A stretch of DNA of 29,060 nt from assembly GCA_019358935.1 (NCBI GenBank), contig JAHHIK010000104.1, forward strand, positions 1 through 29,060. Direction: 5' to 3'. Position numbers and translations under genes: made by a program. Below the pieces are notes generated by a model. That model ran no database searches and had not been told where the DNA came from. It was given only the letters and a program-made list of their open reading frames with translations. Numbering within the stretch: the first letter of the stretch is position 1; every line of letters begins with the position of its first letter. This document shows positions 1-8,797 of the stretch, in pieces. The stretch comes from Tolypothrix carrinoi HA7290-LM1 (GTDB taxonomy: Bacteria > Cyanobacteriota > Cyanobacteriia > Cyanobacteriales > Nostocaceae).

Positions 1-62
1 CGTACACCACACAAGCGTTTAAAGTCTTCTGGCTTTAAGCTCTTTACTTGTTCGTAGGTCAT
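1..62 (-). CDS. IS5-family-like transposase, N-terminus only (partial)
   Basis: Hand translation from the ATG at 62 gives MTYEQVKSLKPEDFKRLCGV, open to the window edge. The FKRLCGV motif is recalled from cyanobacterial IS5/IS702-like transposases. Confidence 0.72.
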   Translation of the reverse strand, partial: MTYEQVKSLKPEDFKRLCGV

Positions 63-122
63 CAATACTACCCAACTCTCACCTAATTTGTCCCACGTAT
101 TTGGGACTTTTGCAAGAGGTCT
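1..122 (-). mobile_element. End of an IS5-family-like insertion sequence (continues beyond the window's left edge)
   Basis: The minus strand from 122 reads AGACCTCTTGCAAAAGTC, which resembles cyanobacterial IS termini. About 60 nt later an ORF begins MTYEQVKSLKPEDFKRLCGV. The junction coincides with the abrupt stop of ORF 121..714. Confidence 0.75.
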
Positions 123-714
123 ATTGATAAATCTGGCTCCATATCGGTTTACCTGCCTTGACTGTCTCTGCATACCAAGCTTCGTTTTGAAATTTGTAGT
201 TGGGAAAAGTATCAATCAGCTTGAGACGATTGCCCTGGTTATCTGTTTGATAGTTGTAGGTATCATTGTTGCCGTATCGCTTTCGGGAAAGATCGTTAAC
301 AATGATCTGACCATTGTTCATGTAATATCCAGAGCCAGAAAATTCACCTGATTTAGAGCCAAAGCTAATATAACCAACGTCATACAACTGCATTTGCTTC
401 CAGAAGTAATGCCCAATACCTTCTAAATCTTGCGGATCTAGCAAACCCAAATCGAAAGCATCGCCATTAACTTGAGCCAAATGTCGAGCCGTTTCCAGAT
501 AGCTATCAAGGTGTTGATCGATACGCGAAGTGACTTCACCCCGCAGTCGCGAAGCAAGTTCGTTAACTGCTCTCTGCCCATTACGTAACGATAGATACCC
601 GGTCAATCCCACGGCAGCAAAGATTTGCAGCACAAAAGGAACGACAAGAATCAAGCGTAGTGATAATTTTGGTAATTTATTGATACCGGAATTTTTCGGG
701 AGTTTAAGTAGCAT
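121..714 (-). pseudogene. 5' part of a Cache-domain membrane sensor gene (histidine kinase/cyclase type), truncated by the IS
   Basis: The TM segment LRLILVVPFVLQIFAAVGLTGYLSLRNGQRAVNELA and the WYAETVKAGKPIWSQIYQ motif are typical of cyanobacterial Cache sensors. The ORF stops mid-domain at the IS boundary, with no second TM or output domain. Confidence 0.8.
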
Positions 715-890
715 TACTACCTGGGAAGCAGTTGGAAAGTTAGCTAATTACATAGTTCCCAAATTTGAGTTGATGATTTGCATTCACTCTAGATAATTGT
801 CGTAAAGACGTTCCTCACCGAACGTCTCTACAATACGATCCAATCCATCTATCCTATAAGTAGAATTATTTGAAGGCTTCGGATAAAAAC

Positions 891-1127
891 ATGAGAGTTT
901 GGCTTGCCTGCTTTTTCGTGCTGTTTGCCCTAGCAAAATTGTTTGACTGGGTGCAAGAACTTTCTCTACCGCTACCAATTTATATTTTGGGTGGGGCTTT
1001 TTTAGCTGTTGCTTCTAACTACGATAAAATTGTCGGCTCTTACTTCAGCGATGCTATTAGTGAAGCGCAACCTGAACAATCTCAATTAGATGCATCTTCT
1101 GTTGATAAAGTCAAGACATCGTTGTGA
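891..1127 (+). CDS. Small hypothetical membrane protein (78 aa)
   Basis: The ATG at 891 is preferred over TTG 870. Two hydrophobic segments (MRVWLACFFVLFALA; LPIYILGGAFLAVASNY) are followed by a polar tail. Confidence 0.7.
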   Translation: MRVWLACFFVLFALAKLFDWVQELSLPLPIYILGGAFLAVASNYDKIVGSYFSDAISEAQPEQSQLDASSVDKVKTSL

Positions 1128-1144
1128 AAATATAAATAATTAAT

Positions 1145-1259
1145 GTAGTAAGCACTTCAGTGCTTAAAATCCTTGCTATGAGCGGTGAGCCAGCGCGGTC
1201 TTGGGGGTTTCCCCCATGAGCGACTTCAGAACCCGAAGGGTAAACCGCTCACTACGAAC
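1145..1259. repeat. GTAG-type REP-like double hairpin with a nested 55-nt palindromic insert (1186-1240)
   Basis: GTAGTAAGCACTTCAGTGCTTA...GAGCGG[insert]TAAACCGCTCACTAC. The insert contains the hairpin GGGGGTTTCCCCC. Confidence 0.7.
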
Positions 1260-1267
1260 TAGGGGTC

Positions 1268-2473
1268 ATGAATTCAACAATCGGTCGTTTGGGCGAAGTT
1301 GCCACACTGTTTTTTAAGTTGGGTATCATCGGTTTCGGGGGTCCGGTTGCTCATATCGCGATGATTGAAGATGAAGTAGTCAAGCGGCGTCAGTGGATGA
1401 CACGAGAGCATTTTCTTGACTTACTTGGAGCAACTAATTTGATTCCGGGTCCAAATTCTACAGAAATGGCGATTCATGTAGGATATGTCTACGCGGGATG
1501 GCTGGGGCTGATTGTTGCGGGTGTTTGCTTTATTTTACCTGCGGTGTTAATTACAGGTGTATTTGCCTGGATTTATGTTAACTATGGCAATTTGCCCCAA
1601 GTCGCTCCTTTACTATATGGAATTAAGCCTGCTGTTTTAGCGGTGATTTTGGATGCGCTTTGGCGTTTGGGAAAAAAAGCTGTAAAAAGTCGTTACTATT
1701 TGGCGATCGCCTTGGGTGTAGTAGTCTTATTATTGTTGAAACTCTCGGAAGTGATTGCCCTCTTAATTGGCGGTATCTTAGGTATGATTTGGTTGCGTAG
1801 TGGCGATCGCAATAATACCCCACCAAACACAGCAAACTTTCTCATCGCTAATTTAACTACAGGTGCGGCTTTTAAAACAACAGCAGTTAGTGCCGCAACT
1901 ACTGCACATACAATAACAAATGTCTCTTTGTGGAAGCTGGGTTTATTTTTCCTGAAAGTCGGTAGTGTGTTGTTTGGTGGTGGTTTTGTGTTGGTAGCGT
2001 TTTTGGAAGGTGGATTAGTTCAGGAATACGGCTGGTTAACGCAACAACAGTTACTCGATGCGATCGCGATCGGTCAATTTACCCCAGGACCGGTTCTTTC
2101 TACCGCTACGTTTATCGGTTACATCATTGCAGGTGTTCAAGGTGCAATTGTGGCAACGGTGGGAATTTTCCTGCCGTCGTTTTTCTTCACGGCTATTCTT
2201 AATCCGCTTGTTCCCCGCTTACGCGCTTCCAAATGGACAAGTGCCTTTCTTGATGCGGTGAATGTCAGTGCTGTAGCGTTGATGTTTGTTGTTACTTTGG
2301 AATTAGCAGCAACGACTTTAATACCAAAAGCTGCGTATGTGGACTTTTTAGCTGTGGCGATCGCTATTATCTCAGCCGTTTTAGTAATTCGCTTCCGCAT
2401 CAATGCTGCATGGCTAGTTTTCGGTGGTGCTTTCATCGGCTGGGTAGCTTCGTTTTTAGGCTACACTCGATAA
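1268..2473 (+). CDS. chrA: Chromate efflux transporter (CHR family, long-chain)
   Basis: 401 aa with two homologous halves: FFKLGIIGFGGP...NLIPGPNSTE and FLKVGSVLFGGG...GQFTPGP. Many TM helices. Confidence 0.95.
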   Translation: MNSTIGRLGEVATLFFKLGIIGFGGPVAHIAMIEDEVVKRRQWMTREHFLDLLGATNLIPGPNSTEMAIHVGYVYAGWLGLIVAGVCFILPAVLITGVFAWIYVNYGNLPQVAPLLYGIKPAVLAVILDALWRLGKKAVKSRYYLAIALGVVVLLLLKLSEVIALLIGGILGMIWLRSGDRNNTPPNTANFLIANLTTGAAFKTTAVSAATTAHTITNVSLWKLGLFFLKVGSVLFGGGFVLVAFLEGGLVQEYGWLTQQQLLDAIAIGQFTPGPVLSTATFIGYIIAGVQGAIVATVGIFLPSFFFTAILNPLVPRLRASKWTSAFLDAVNVSAVALMFVVTLELAATTLIPKAAYVDFLAVAIAIISAVLVIRFRINAAWLVFGGAFIGWVASFLGYTR

Positions 2474-2521
2474 TCTGGCTCTTGACTGTGTAAGCATAAA
2501 GGTAATATAGAGGTAGATTGT

Positions 2522-2695
2522 ATGACTATTGAAACAGCCACCAAATATTACATAGCCAATAAACCAGTACGGCATAAAGTATTAGGAGAAATGTTCATTG
2601 TCGATTTGTACCCGTCTAGAGTTGGCAGCGTGCGGGTAAAACTTCCCAACGGTGTAGAGATGGATTGCCAGCTAGAGTTTCTAGACCCTGTGTAA
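2522..2695 (+). CDS. Small hypothetical protein, 57 aa (absent from the ORF track)
   Basis: Hand translation: MTIETATKYYIANKPVRHKVLGEMFIVDLYPSRVGSVRVKLPNGVEMDCQLEFLDPV. A GAGGT RBS-like motif lies at 2510-2515, and the ORF fills the gap between co-oriented genes. Confidence 0.6.
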   Translation: MTIETATKYYIANKPVRHKVLGEMFIVDLYPSRVGSVRVKLPNGVEMDCQLEFLDPV

Positions 2696-2697
2696 TG

Positions 2698-2767
2698 GTG
2701 GAGGGGGAGAGGGGGGGAGGGGGGAGGGGGGGACAAGGGAGAGGGGGGGGACAAGGGAGAGGGGGGA
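2698..2767. repeat. G-rich purine tract with repeated GGGGGGGACAAGGGAGA units
   Basis: Seen directly: almost only G/A, with multiple runs of 5-7 G. Confidence 0.85.
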
Positions 2768-2854
2768 AAGTTTGAGGCAAAGGAAGTGAAATTTAACGCA
2801 AATGCAAATTGTAAGCGCAACAGCTTAACCAGGGTAAACGAAAAATCAAGGGCG

Positions 2855-3544
2855 ATGACAGATAATATTATTCAACAACAAATTGCGTATTATCGTGCCA
2901 GAGCAAACGAATATGATGAGTGGTTTTATCGGCTTGGTCGCTACGATCGCGGTGAAGAATTCAACCAGCGCTGGTTTGACGAAGTTGCTGTTGTCAAAAG
3001 CGCGTTATATCAACTTCAAGCCGCAGATAACATCTTAGAATTAGCCTGTGGAACAGGTATCTGGACGCAAGAACTTGTAAAGATTGGCAAGAAAATTACT
3101 GCGATAGATGCTTCCGAGGAAGTAATTGAAATTAATCGCAAAAAGTTACTTTCATCCAATGTGAAATATCACCAACTTGATTTATTCACATGGGAACCGG
3201 ATATTGAATATGATTTGGTATTTTTTGCTTTTTGGCTTTCTCATGTACCACCAGCATTACTTGATTTGTTTTTGACGAAAGTTTATAATTCTGTTCGCGT
3301 TGGAGGACAATTTTTTTTGGTAGACTCACGCTTTGAGCCTACATCCACAGCCAAGAATCATATTTTTGAATCCGACAAAAACATTTATCAAATCCGGAAG
3401 TTAAATAATGGTGAAGAATTTCAGATAGTCAAGATTTTTTATCAGCCTGATGAACTTTATAACAAGTTGCTAAAAGTTGGATTTCAGGCTGATATCAAGG
3501 TAACGAACAATTATTTTCTTTATGCAAATGGGACAAAAATTTAG
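2855..3544 (+). CDS. Class I SAM-dependent methyltransferase
   Basis: Motif I ILELACGTG, ITAIDAS, YDLVFFAFWLSHVP and N-terminal QIAYYRARANEYDEW. The ATG at 2855 is preferred over GTG 2786. Confidence 0.9.
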   Translation: MTDNIIQQQIAYYRARANEYDEWFYRLGRYDRGEEFNQRWFDEVAVVKSALYQLQAADNILELACGTGIWTQELVKIGKKITAIDASEEVIEINRKKLLSSNVKYHQLDLFTWEPDIEYDLVFFAFWLSHVPPALLDLFLTKVYNSVRVGGQFFLVDSRFEPTSTAKNHIFESDKNIYQIRKLNNGEEFQIVKIFYQPDELYNKLLKVGFQADIKVTNNYFLYANGTKI

Positions 3545-3552
3545 TATTATCG

Positions 3553-4063
3553 TTACTGTATCAGGGTAAGCGAGGAACGCAGATTCAGCCGCAAAAGACG
3601 TAGCGATCGCATCCAAATTTTTGCCGGTTGATCAAAGAATGTAAAAATATCACCGTAACCGACGTTAGTTTTTTGATGATGTAGCCAATGTCTTTCCGGT
3701 GTAGTTATATATAAAACCTGACACAGCATCTTCAAAAACTTGGGAGTTTCCCAACCCAAGACACTTATGTGTCTCCACCATACATGAAACTGACCAAAAA
3801 GCAACCCACAAATAACGCCAACCGGAGAGAAAGCCCATAAGAATATTGCTAATAGCAAGTATGGCAAAGCACCCAAAATACCATCTAAAAGAACCTGGAA
3901 ATTGAAAGTTAAAATTGCGTAATGTTGATGTGTTTTTCTTCCAAGAGTGGTGCGTTTGCAAGTGAAGCCTACCAAAAACATGTTCTGGTATATGGTATAA
4001 GAAGGTAGAAAAAAAATCGCCAAAAAATAATAGTAGCCAAGCAACAGCGATCGCCTCAAGCAT
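3553..4063 (-). pseudogene. Fatty acid hydroxylase/sterol desaturase family membrane protein, split by a single frameshift near 3933-3937
   Basis: The N-terminal His boxes (YHIPEH, HLQTHH) are in ORF 3665..4063. The C-terminal His boxes (HVWWRH, HWLHH, YGDIFTFFD) are in ORF 3553..4059. Removing one A from the AAGAAAAAC run joins them. Confidence 0.8.
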
Positions 4064-4291
4064 TTGTACTCCTAAGATTCTGTATCGTTATTCTTTTTTT
4101 AGATAAAAAGATGCTTAGTTTAGCAATAATCCATTGCTTTGAGTCTGATGGTACAAAGAACGTTGATTATTGCATACATCTAAAAAACGACAGGATTTAG
4201 GTAGTTTATCTAAAATGACAAGAACAAAGTAAGTCAGTAACAGTAAAGGTTTAGTTAAAAATTGTCAAAATTTCGGTTAATTTCCCAAAAA

Positions 4292-4434
4292 GGGACGCTT
4301 GGACTGGGGACGCTTGGACTGGAGACGCTTGGACTGGGGACTGGGGACGCTTGGATTAGGGAGACAAGAAAGACTCAATTAATTCTTTTGTGACTCCCCA
4401 TCCCCTAATCCCTAATCCCTAATCCCTAATCCCT
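4292..4434. repeat. STRR-type tandem repeats: GGACGCTTGGACTGG 15-mers facing (CCCTAAT)n heptamers
   Basis: About four 15-mer units at 4292-4362 and about four CCCTAAT units at 4395-4434. Confidence 0.85.
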
Positions 4435-4649
4435 CTCGGAATTAATCACTTTGATTTATCAAATTAACAAAAAAATATATTTGCTTTTATCAAAAAGAAT
4501 TTATAAAGTTAAATCAACCTGCATGTACTAATAAACTGTCAGGATTGATGGATGAATTTAAAGTTGGCATTGTAGCACAAATAGTGCCAACTACAAGTTT
4601 AATCTCTCTCATTTTCATCCTGATGGTGTGAATTTAAAGCATTACACCT

Positions 4650-5084
4650 ATGGAACTATCGAGCAAATCTGAATACGCACTTCTAGCTTTGTTAGAGTTG
4701 GCAAATTGTTACCCCCGTAACGAATCTCTGCAAATCCAACAGATAGCTTTGCTACAAAATATACCCCAACGTTATTTAGAACAACTGCTAGCCACATTGA
4801 GACGTGGAGGTTTAATTAAAAGCATACGCGGATCGAAGGGCGGTTATATCTTGGCACGAGACCCCCAACAGATTACGCTTTTAGATGTATTAAACTGCAT
4901 TGAAGGCGTAGAAACTATTTTGACTGATGATACAACATCCAAAACAACAGAAAGTAAAATAATTCAAGATGTCTGGTACCAAGCGCGTCAGGCTGCTAAC
5001 TCCGTTTGGCAAAAGTATACACTCCAAGACCTTTGCGAACTGCGAGATAATCAGCGACAGATACAATTTATGTATTACATATAG
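4650..5084 (+). CDS. Rrf2 family transcriptional regulator (CymR-like; lacks the 3-Cys Fe-S motif)
   Basis: LSSKSEYALLALLELA, IPQRYLEQLL and SIRGSKGGYILARDPQQITLLDV winged-HTH motifs; C-terminal MYYI. Confidence 0.92.
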   Translation: MELSSKSEYALLALLELANCYPRNESLQIQQIALLQNIPQRYLEQLLATLRRGGLIKSIRGSKGGYILARDPQQITLLDVLNCIEGVETILTDDTTSKTTESKIIQDVWYQARQAANSVWQKYTLQDLCELRDNQRQIQFMYYI

Positions 5085-5284
5085 TTGAGAGCGATCGCAT
5101 CTGCCTAAATGTCTTTTTTGTCAATATGCGGTTGAAGTGCAAAATTAATCATTCTCGATTGTCAAATCAGGCTTTTAGATGTTTAATGGAAAAATAAAGT
5201 GAAAAATATCTAGTTTTATACTGAACTATAGCTTTAGTAAATCGTTATTGGAGATGTTTATTGCTCAGTTCATTACGATTATCT

Positions 5285-5319
5285 GCCTCTACATCAGGTG
5301 TGTAGAGGCTATATTTTTT
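5285..5319 (+). terminator. Putative intrinsic terminator
   Basis: A perfect 9-bp stem GCCTCTACA-N7-TGTAGAGGC followed by TATATTTTTT. Confidence 0.55.
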
Positions 5320-5504
5320 GTTTGTTAAGAAAGGTATCAGTTTTTCTCAAAATTATTCATGATAAAAATTAATAGTTTGTTACAAACGATTTACTATATT
5401 TATCCGTCAGGTATGATAAACAAAGATATATTTGAAAAAGAAAGTTTAAAATAATTTTTTGCAATAAAATTATTGATTTGCATTATTTAAGCAACATTTT
5501 GCAA

Positions 5505-6803
5505 ATGAAAATACATAAAAGTCAGCAAAAAATAGTACAAAAGCTGAAATCGCCAATTGTGATATTTTTTGCTGTATTATTGGGTATCATTTTATCGATT
5601 CAGCAAGTTTTATCGCAACAGCCAGTAGTTTTGAATTTGTTGATGACGGCACCCGATGCCCAACCTTGGAAAACGGGTATAGTTAAAGACTTTGAAGCGA
5701 AAAATCCGGGAATTCGGATTAACGTGATCGAAGGACCTAATGCCACAAATTTGCTTGAAGACCTTTATACTTCAGCTTTTATTTTAGGTGATTCTCCTTA
5801 TGACATAGTGAATATGGATGTCATTTGGACACCGAAATTTGCAGCGGGTGGATGGTTACAAGATTTAAGCGATCGCATCACCCCACAAGAGTTAGCCGCA
5901 TTTTCGCCCAAAGATGTAGAAGCCGGACGAATCGAAGGCAAATTATATCGAATTCCCATGCGAAGCGATGTGGGAGTACTCTACTATCGGCAAGACTTAC
6001 TTAAGCAAGCAAAATTTCAACCGCCAGAAACCATTGCAGATTTACTGAAAATTTCTCAAGCGTTGAAAAAGCAAGGAAAAATTAATTGGGGTTATCTTTG
6101 GCAAGGTCGCCAATATGAAGGTGCTGCGGCGATGTTTGTCGAAGTTTTAGAAGGCTTTGGGGGATTTTGGGTAAATCCGAAAACGTTAGAAGTTGGACTG
6201 GATAAACTAGAAGCATTAAAAGCGATCGCCTTTCTCAAACAAACAACTCAATCAGGCATTTCTCCACCTGGAGTCACAACATACATCGAAGAAGATACAA
6301 GGCGAATTTTCCAAAGTGGTCAAGCAGCATTTTTACGTAGCTGGCCCTATGTTTGGCCCCTTGCAAACGCCAAAGATTCGCCTATCAAAGGCAAAATCGG
6401 TATTAAATCAATGGTTGGTATTGACCCGAAAAGTGGCGCAGCTTGTTTAGGTGGTTGGGGTTTGGGAATTGCCAAATCATCGAAACATCCCGAAGAAGCC
6501 TGGAAAGCAATTAAATATTTTACCAGCGAAGAAGCACAGCGGCGATTTATTTTAAATGCCGGTTTTGTACCCAGCCGACGCGCATTATTTACAGACCCAG
6601 AAATTCTCGCCAAATATCCCCATTACCCCAAATTATTAGAAATAGTTAATAAAGCAGTTTTACGTCCACCGATAGCCCAATATGCTCAAGCCTCAGATAT
6701 TTTGCAACGTTATTTAAGTGCCGCTTTAACAAACAGCATGACCCCAGAAAGCGCCATGAAAGCCGCCGCAAATGAAACGCGAAGATTATTAGGAAGTAGG
6801 TAA
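5505..6803 (+). CDS. Sugar ABC transporter substrate-binding protein (CUT1 family)
   Basis: N-terminal hydrophobic signal/anchor; DIVNMDVIWTPKFA, GVLYYRQDLL, FQSGQAAFLRSWPY and LGGWGLGI motifs. The start is uncertain (TTG 5478 or ATG 5505). Confidence 0.92.
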   Translation: MKIHKSQQKIVQKLKSPIVIFFAVLLGIILSIQQVLSQQPVVLNLLMTAPDAQPWKTGIVKDFEAKNPGIRINVIEGPNATNLLEDLYTSAFILGDSPYDIVNMDVIWTPKFAAGGWLQDLSDRITPQELAAFSPKDVEAGRIEGKLYRIPMRSDVGVLYYRQDLLKQAKFQPPETIADLLKISQALKKQGKINWGYLWQGRQYEGAAAMFVEVLEGFGGFWVNPKTLEVGLDKLEALKAIAFLKQTTQSGISPPGVTTYIEEDTRRIFQSGQAAFLRSWPYVWPLANAKDSPIKGKIGIKSMVGIDPKSGAACLGGWGLGIAKSSKHPEEAWKAIKYFTSEEAQRRFILNAGFVPSRRALFTDPEILAKYPHYPKLLEIVNKAVLRPPIAQYAQASDILQRYLSAALTNSMTPESAMKAAANETRRLLGSR

Positions 6804-6929
6804 TGGGGAATGGAGAATGGGTAATGGAGAATGGGTAATGGGGAATGGGAAATGGGGAATGGGGAAAGAATTATTACCAATTACCAATTACCAATTACCA
6901 ATGCCCAATTACCAATTACCAATTACCAA
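6799..6929. repeat. Convergent STRR heptamer arrays: (GGGRAAT/GGGTAAT)n and (ATTACCA)n
   Basis: Seen directly. The two arms are roughly complementary and could form an intergenic hairpin. Confidence 0.9.
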
Positions 6930-6930
6930 A

Positions 6931-7824
6931 ATGACAAATATGCAAACAATTCGAGGTAGAGAACAACGTACAGCATTAATTTTATTATTGCCCGCTTTGT
7001 TAATGCTATTGTTTGTTTTTGGCTACCCGATCGCTCGTGCTTTTTGGTTAAGTTTGTTTACTCAAAATTTGGGAACGAAACTGCAACCTGTCTTTTCTTT
7101 CCTTGACAATTACGCACGAATGGTGGGAGATGGTCGTTTTTGGCAAAGTTTCTGGACAACTTCAATATTTACTACAGTAACCGTGTTTCTAGAATTAATT
7201 CTGGGAATGGGTGTTGCTTTGATTCTCAACCAGCGTTTTTTTGGACGCGGTGTAGTGCGAACGATCGCTATTTTACCTTGGGCTTTGCCAACAGCGCTGA
7301 TTGGTCTAGCTTGGACGTGGATTTTTAACGATCAATTTGGTGTTGTCAATGATATTTTGCGGCGACTGAATTTAATTCAAGCTGATATAAACTGGTTGGG
7401 AGAACCAACACTAGCAATGATAGCGGTAATAGTTGCTGATATTTGGAAAACTACGCCTTTTATTAGTATTCTATTATTAGCTAGTTTGCAGTCAATTTCA
7501 TCAGATTTGTATGAGGCTCATGCCATAGATGGTGCGACACCTTGGCAAAGTTTTCGGCAAATTACGCTACCGCTGTTGATACCGCAAATTCTCATCGCCA
7601 CGTTGTTTCGCTTTGCTCAAGCTTTTGGTGTGTTCGACTTAATTGCGGTGATGACTGGAGGTGGTCCTGGCGGTGCAACGGAGGTCGTATCGTTGTATAT
7701 TTATTCTACCATCATGCGCTACTTAGATTTTGGTTATGGCGCGGCGTTGGTAGTATGTACTTTCATGTTGTTAATTTTTATGGTAACGATCGCACTTTTC
7801 TTTCTCAACAAATCTCGCAAGTAG
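6931..7824 (+). CDS. Sugar ABC transporter permease (MalF-like)
   Basis: EAA loop LYEAHAIDGATPWQSFRQITLPLL, about six TMs, MTGGGPGGATEV. The start was moved past the repeat-derived extension. Confidence 0.92.
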   Translation: MTNMQTIRGREQRTALILLLPALLMLLFVFGYPIARAFWLSLFTQNLGTKLQPVFSFLDNYARMVGDGRFWQSFWTTSIFTTVTVFLELILGMGVALILNQRFFGRGVVRTIAILPWALPTALIGLAWTWIFNDQFGVVNDILRRLNLIQADINWLGEPTLAMIAVIVADIWKTTPFISILLLASLQSISSDLYEAHAIDGATPWQSFRQITLPLLIPQILIATLFRFAQAFGVFDLIAVMTGGGPGGATEVVSLYIYSTIMRYLDFGYGAALVVCTFMLLIFMVTIALFFLNKSRK

Positions 7825-7826
7825 AA

Positions 7827-7905
7827 AGTGGGGAATGGGGAGTGGGGAGTGGGGAAGAGATATTTTTATATACTCTAAATAATCTAAAATCTAAAATCTA
7901 AAATC
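7827..7905. repeat. STRR heptamers (A[GA]TGGGG)n and (AATCTAA)n
   Basis: Seen directly in the spacer between the two permease genes. Confidence 0.85.
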
Positions 7906-7908
7906 GCT

Positions 7909-8793
7909 ATGGCTGTAATTCCTGAAGTAAGTTCTACAAATCCCAAACCTACAACTAGGGTAAAGAATCGTGTAAAAAATATCTTGTTGGGGATAGCGAT
8001 CGCTTGTGTGGTAATCTTCTGTTTAGCACCTGTAATGTGGCAACTTTTGACTTCATTTAAGGTAAATCAAGATATTTCCCAAGTTCCCACCGTTTACTTT
8101 CCGACTCGCATCACCCTCAATCACTACACAGAATTATTTACTCGCAGTCCGTTTTGGCGCTACATTTTAAATAGCGCTTTCGTATCGATTATTTCTACAG
8201 CTTTCTCTTTAGCTTTTGGCGCACCTGCTGCTTACGCATTAGCAAGATTGCGTCCTTGGGGTGGAAAATTCATCCTTGCAGGTATTTTGATTATCACCTT
8301 ATTTCCAGGAATTTTATTGTTTTTGGGACTGTTAGAAATTATCCAAAAGCTGCACTTGGGTAATAATTATTTAGCTTTAATTATTCCCTACACTGCAATT
8401 AATTTACCTTTAACAATTTTAGTATTACGTAGCTTCTTTGAACAATTACCAAAAGACTTAGAAGATTCCGCGAAGGTAGATGGCTATAACACTTTACAAA
8501 TGCTTTTGCAAATTTTATTACCAATGACAATTCCCGCTTTAGTGACAACAGGAATTCTCACCTTTATATTTGCCTGGAATGAGTTTATCTTCGCCCTGAC
8601 ATTTATTACTCGTGAAGAAATGAAAACAATTCCCGTAGCCGCAGCGCAATTAGGCGGTGCAACTCAATTTGAAATTCCCTACGGTCCAATTGCCGCAGCA
8701 ACAATTGTCGGGACATTGCCTTTAGTTTTACTCGTTTTGTTCTTCCAGCGCAAGATTATTCAAGGTCTGACAGCTGGTGCTGTTAAGGGATAA
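7909..8793 (+). CDS. Sugar ABC transporter permease (MalG-like)
   Basis: LPKDLEDSAKVDG EAA loop, FIFAWNEFIFAL, C-terminal QRKIIQGLTAGAVKG. Confidence 0.94.
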   Translation: MAVIPEVSSTNPKPTTRVKNRVKNILLGIAIACVVIFCLAPVMWQLLTSFKVNQDISQVPTVYFPTRITLNHYTELFTRSPFWRYILNSAFVSIISTAFSLAFGAPAAYALARLRPWGGKFILAGILIITLFPGILLFLGLLEIIQKLHLGNNYLALIIPYTAINLPLTILVLRSFFEQLPKDLEDSAKVDGYNTLQMLLQILLPMTIPALVTTGILTFIFAWNEFIFALTFITREEMKTIPVAAAQLGGATQFEIPYGPIAAATIVGTLPLVLLVLFFQRKIIQGLTAGAVKG

Positions 8794-8797
8794 ATTA

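Noticed and set aside
2548..2820. Pro-rich minus-strand ORF of 90 aa
   Set aside because: The prolines come from the G tract, and the ORF is antisense to a better-supported 57-aa ORF.
4292..4434. CRISPR array or telomere-like (CCCTAA) repeats
   Set aside because: The units are 7-15 nt and directly tandem with no unique spacers. They fit ordinary Nostocales STRR tracts.
6817..6930. N-terminal extension of the permease (MGNGEWVMGNG...ITNYQLP)
   Set aside because: It is simply the translation of heptamer STRR repeats; the real start is likely 6931 or 6940.
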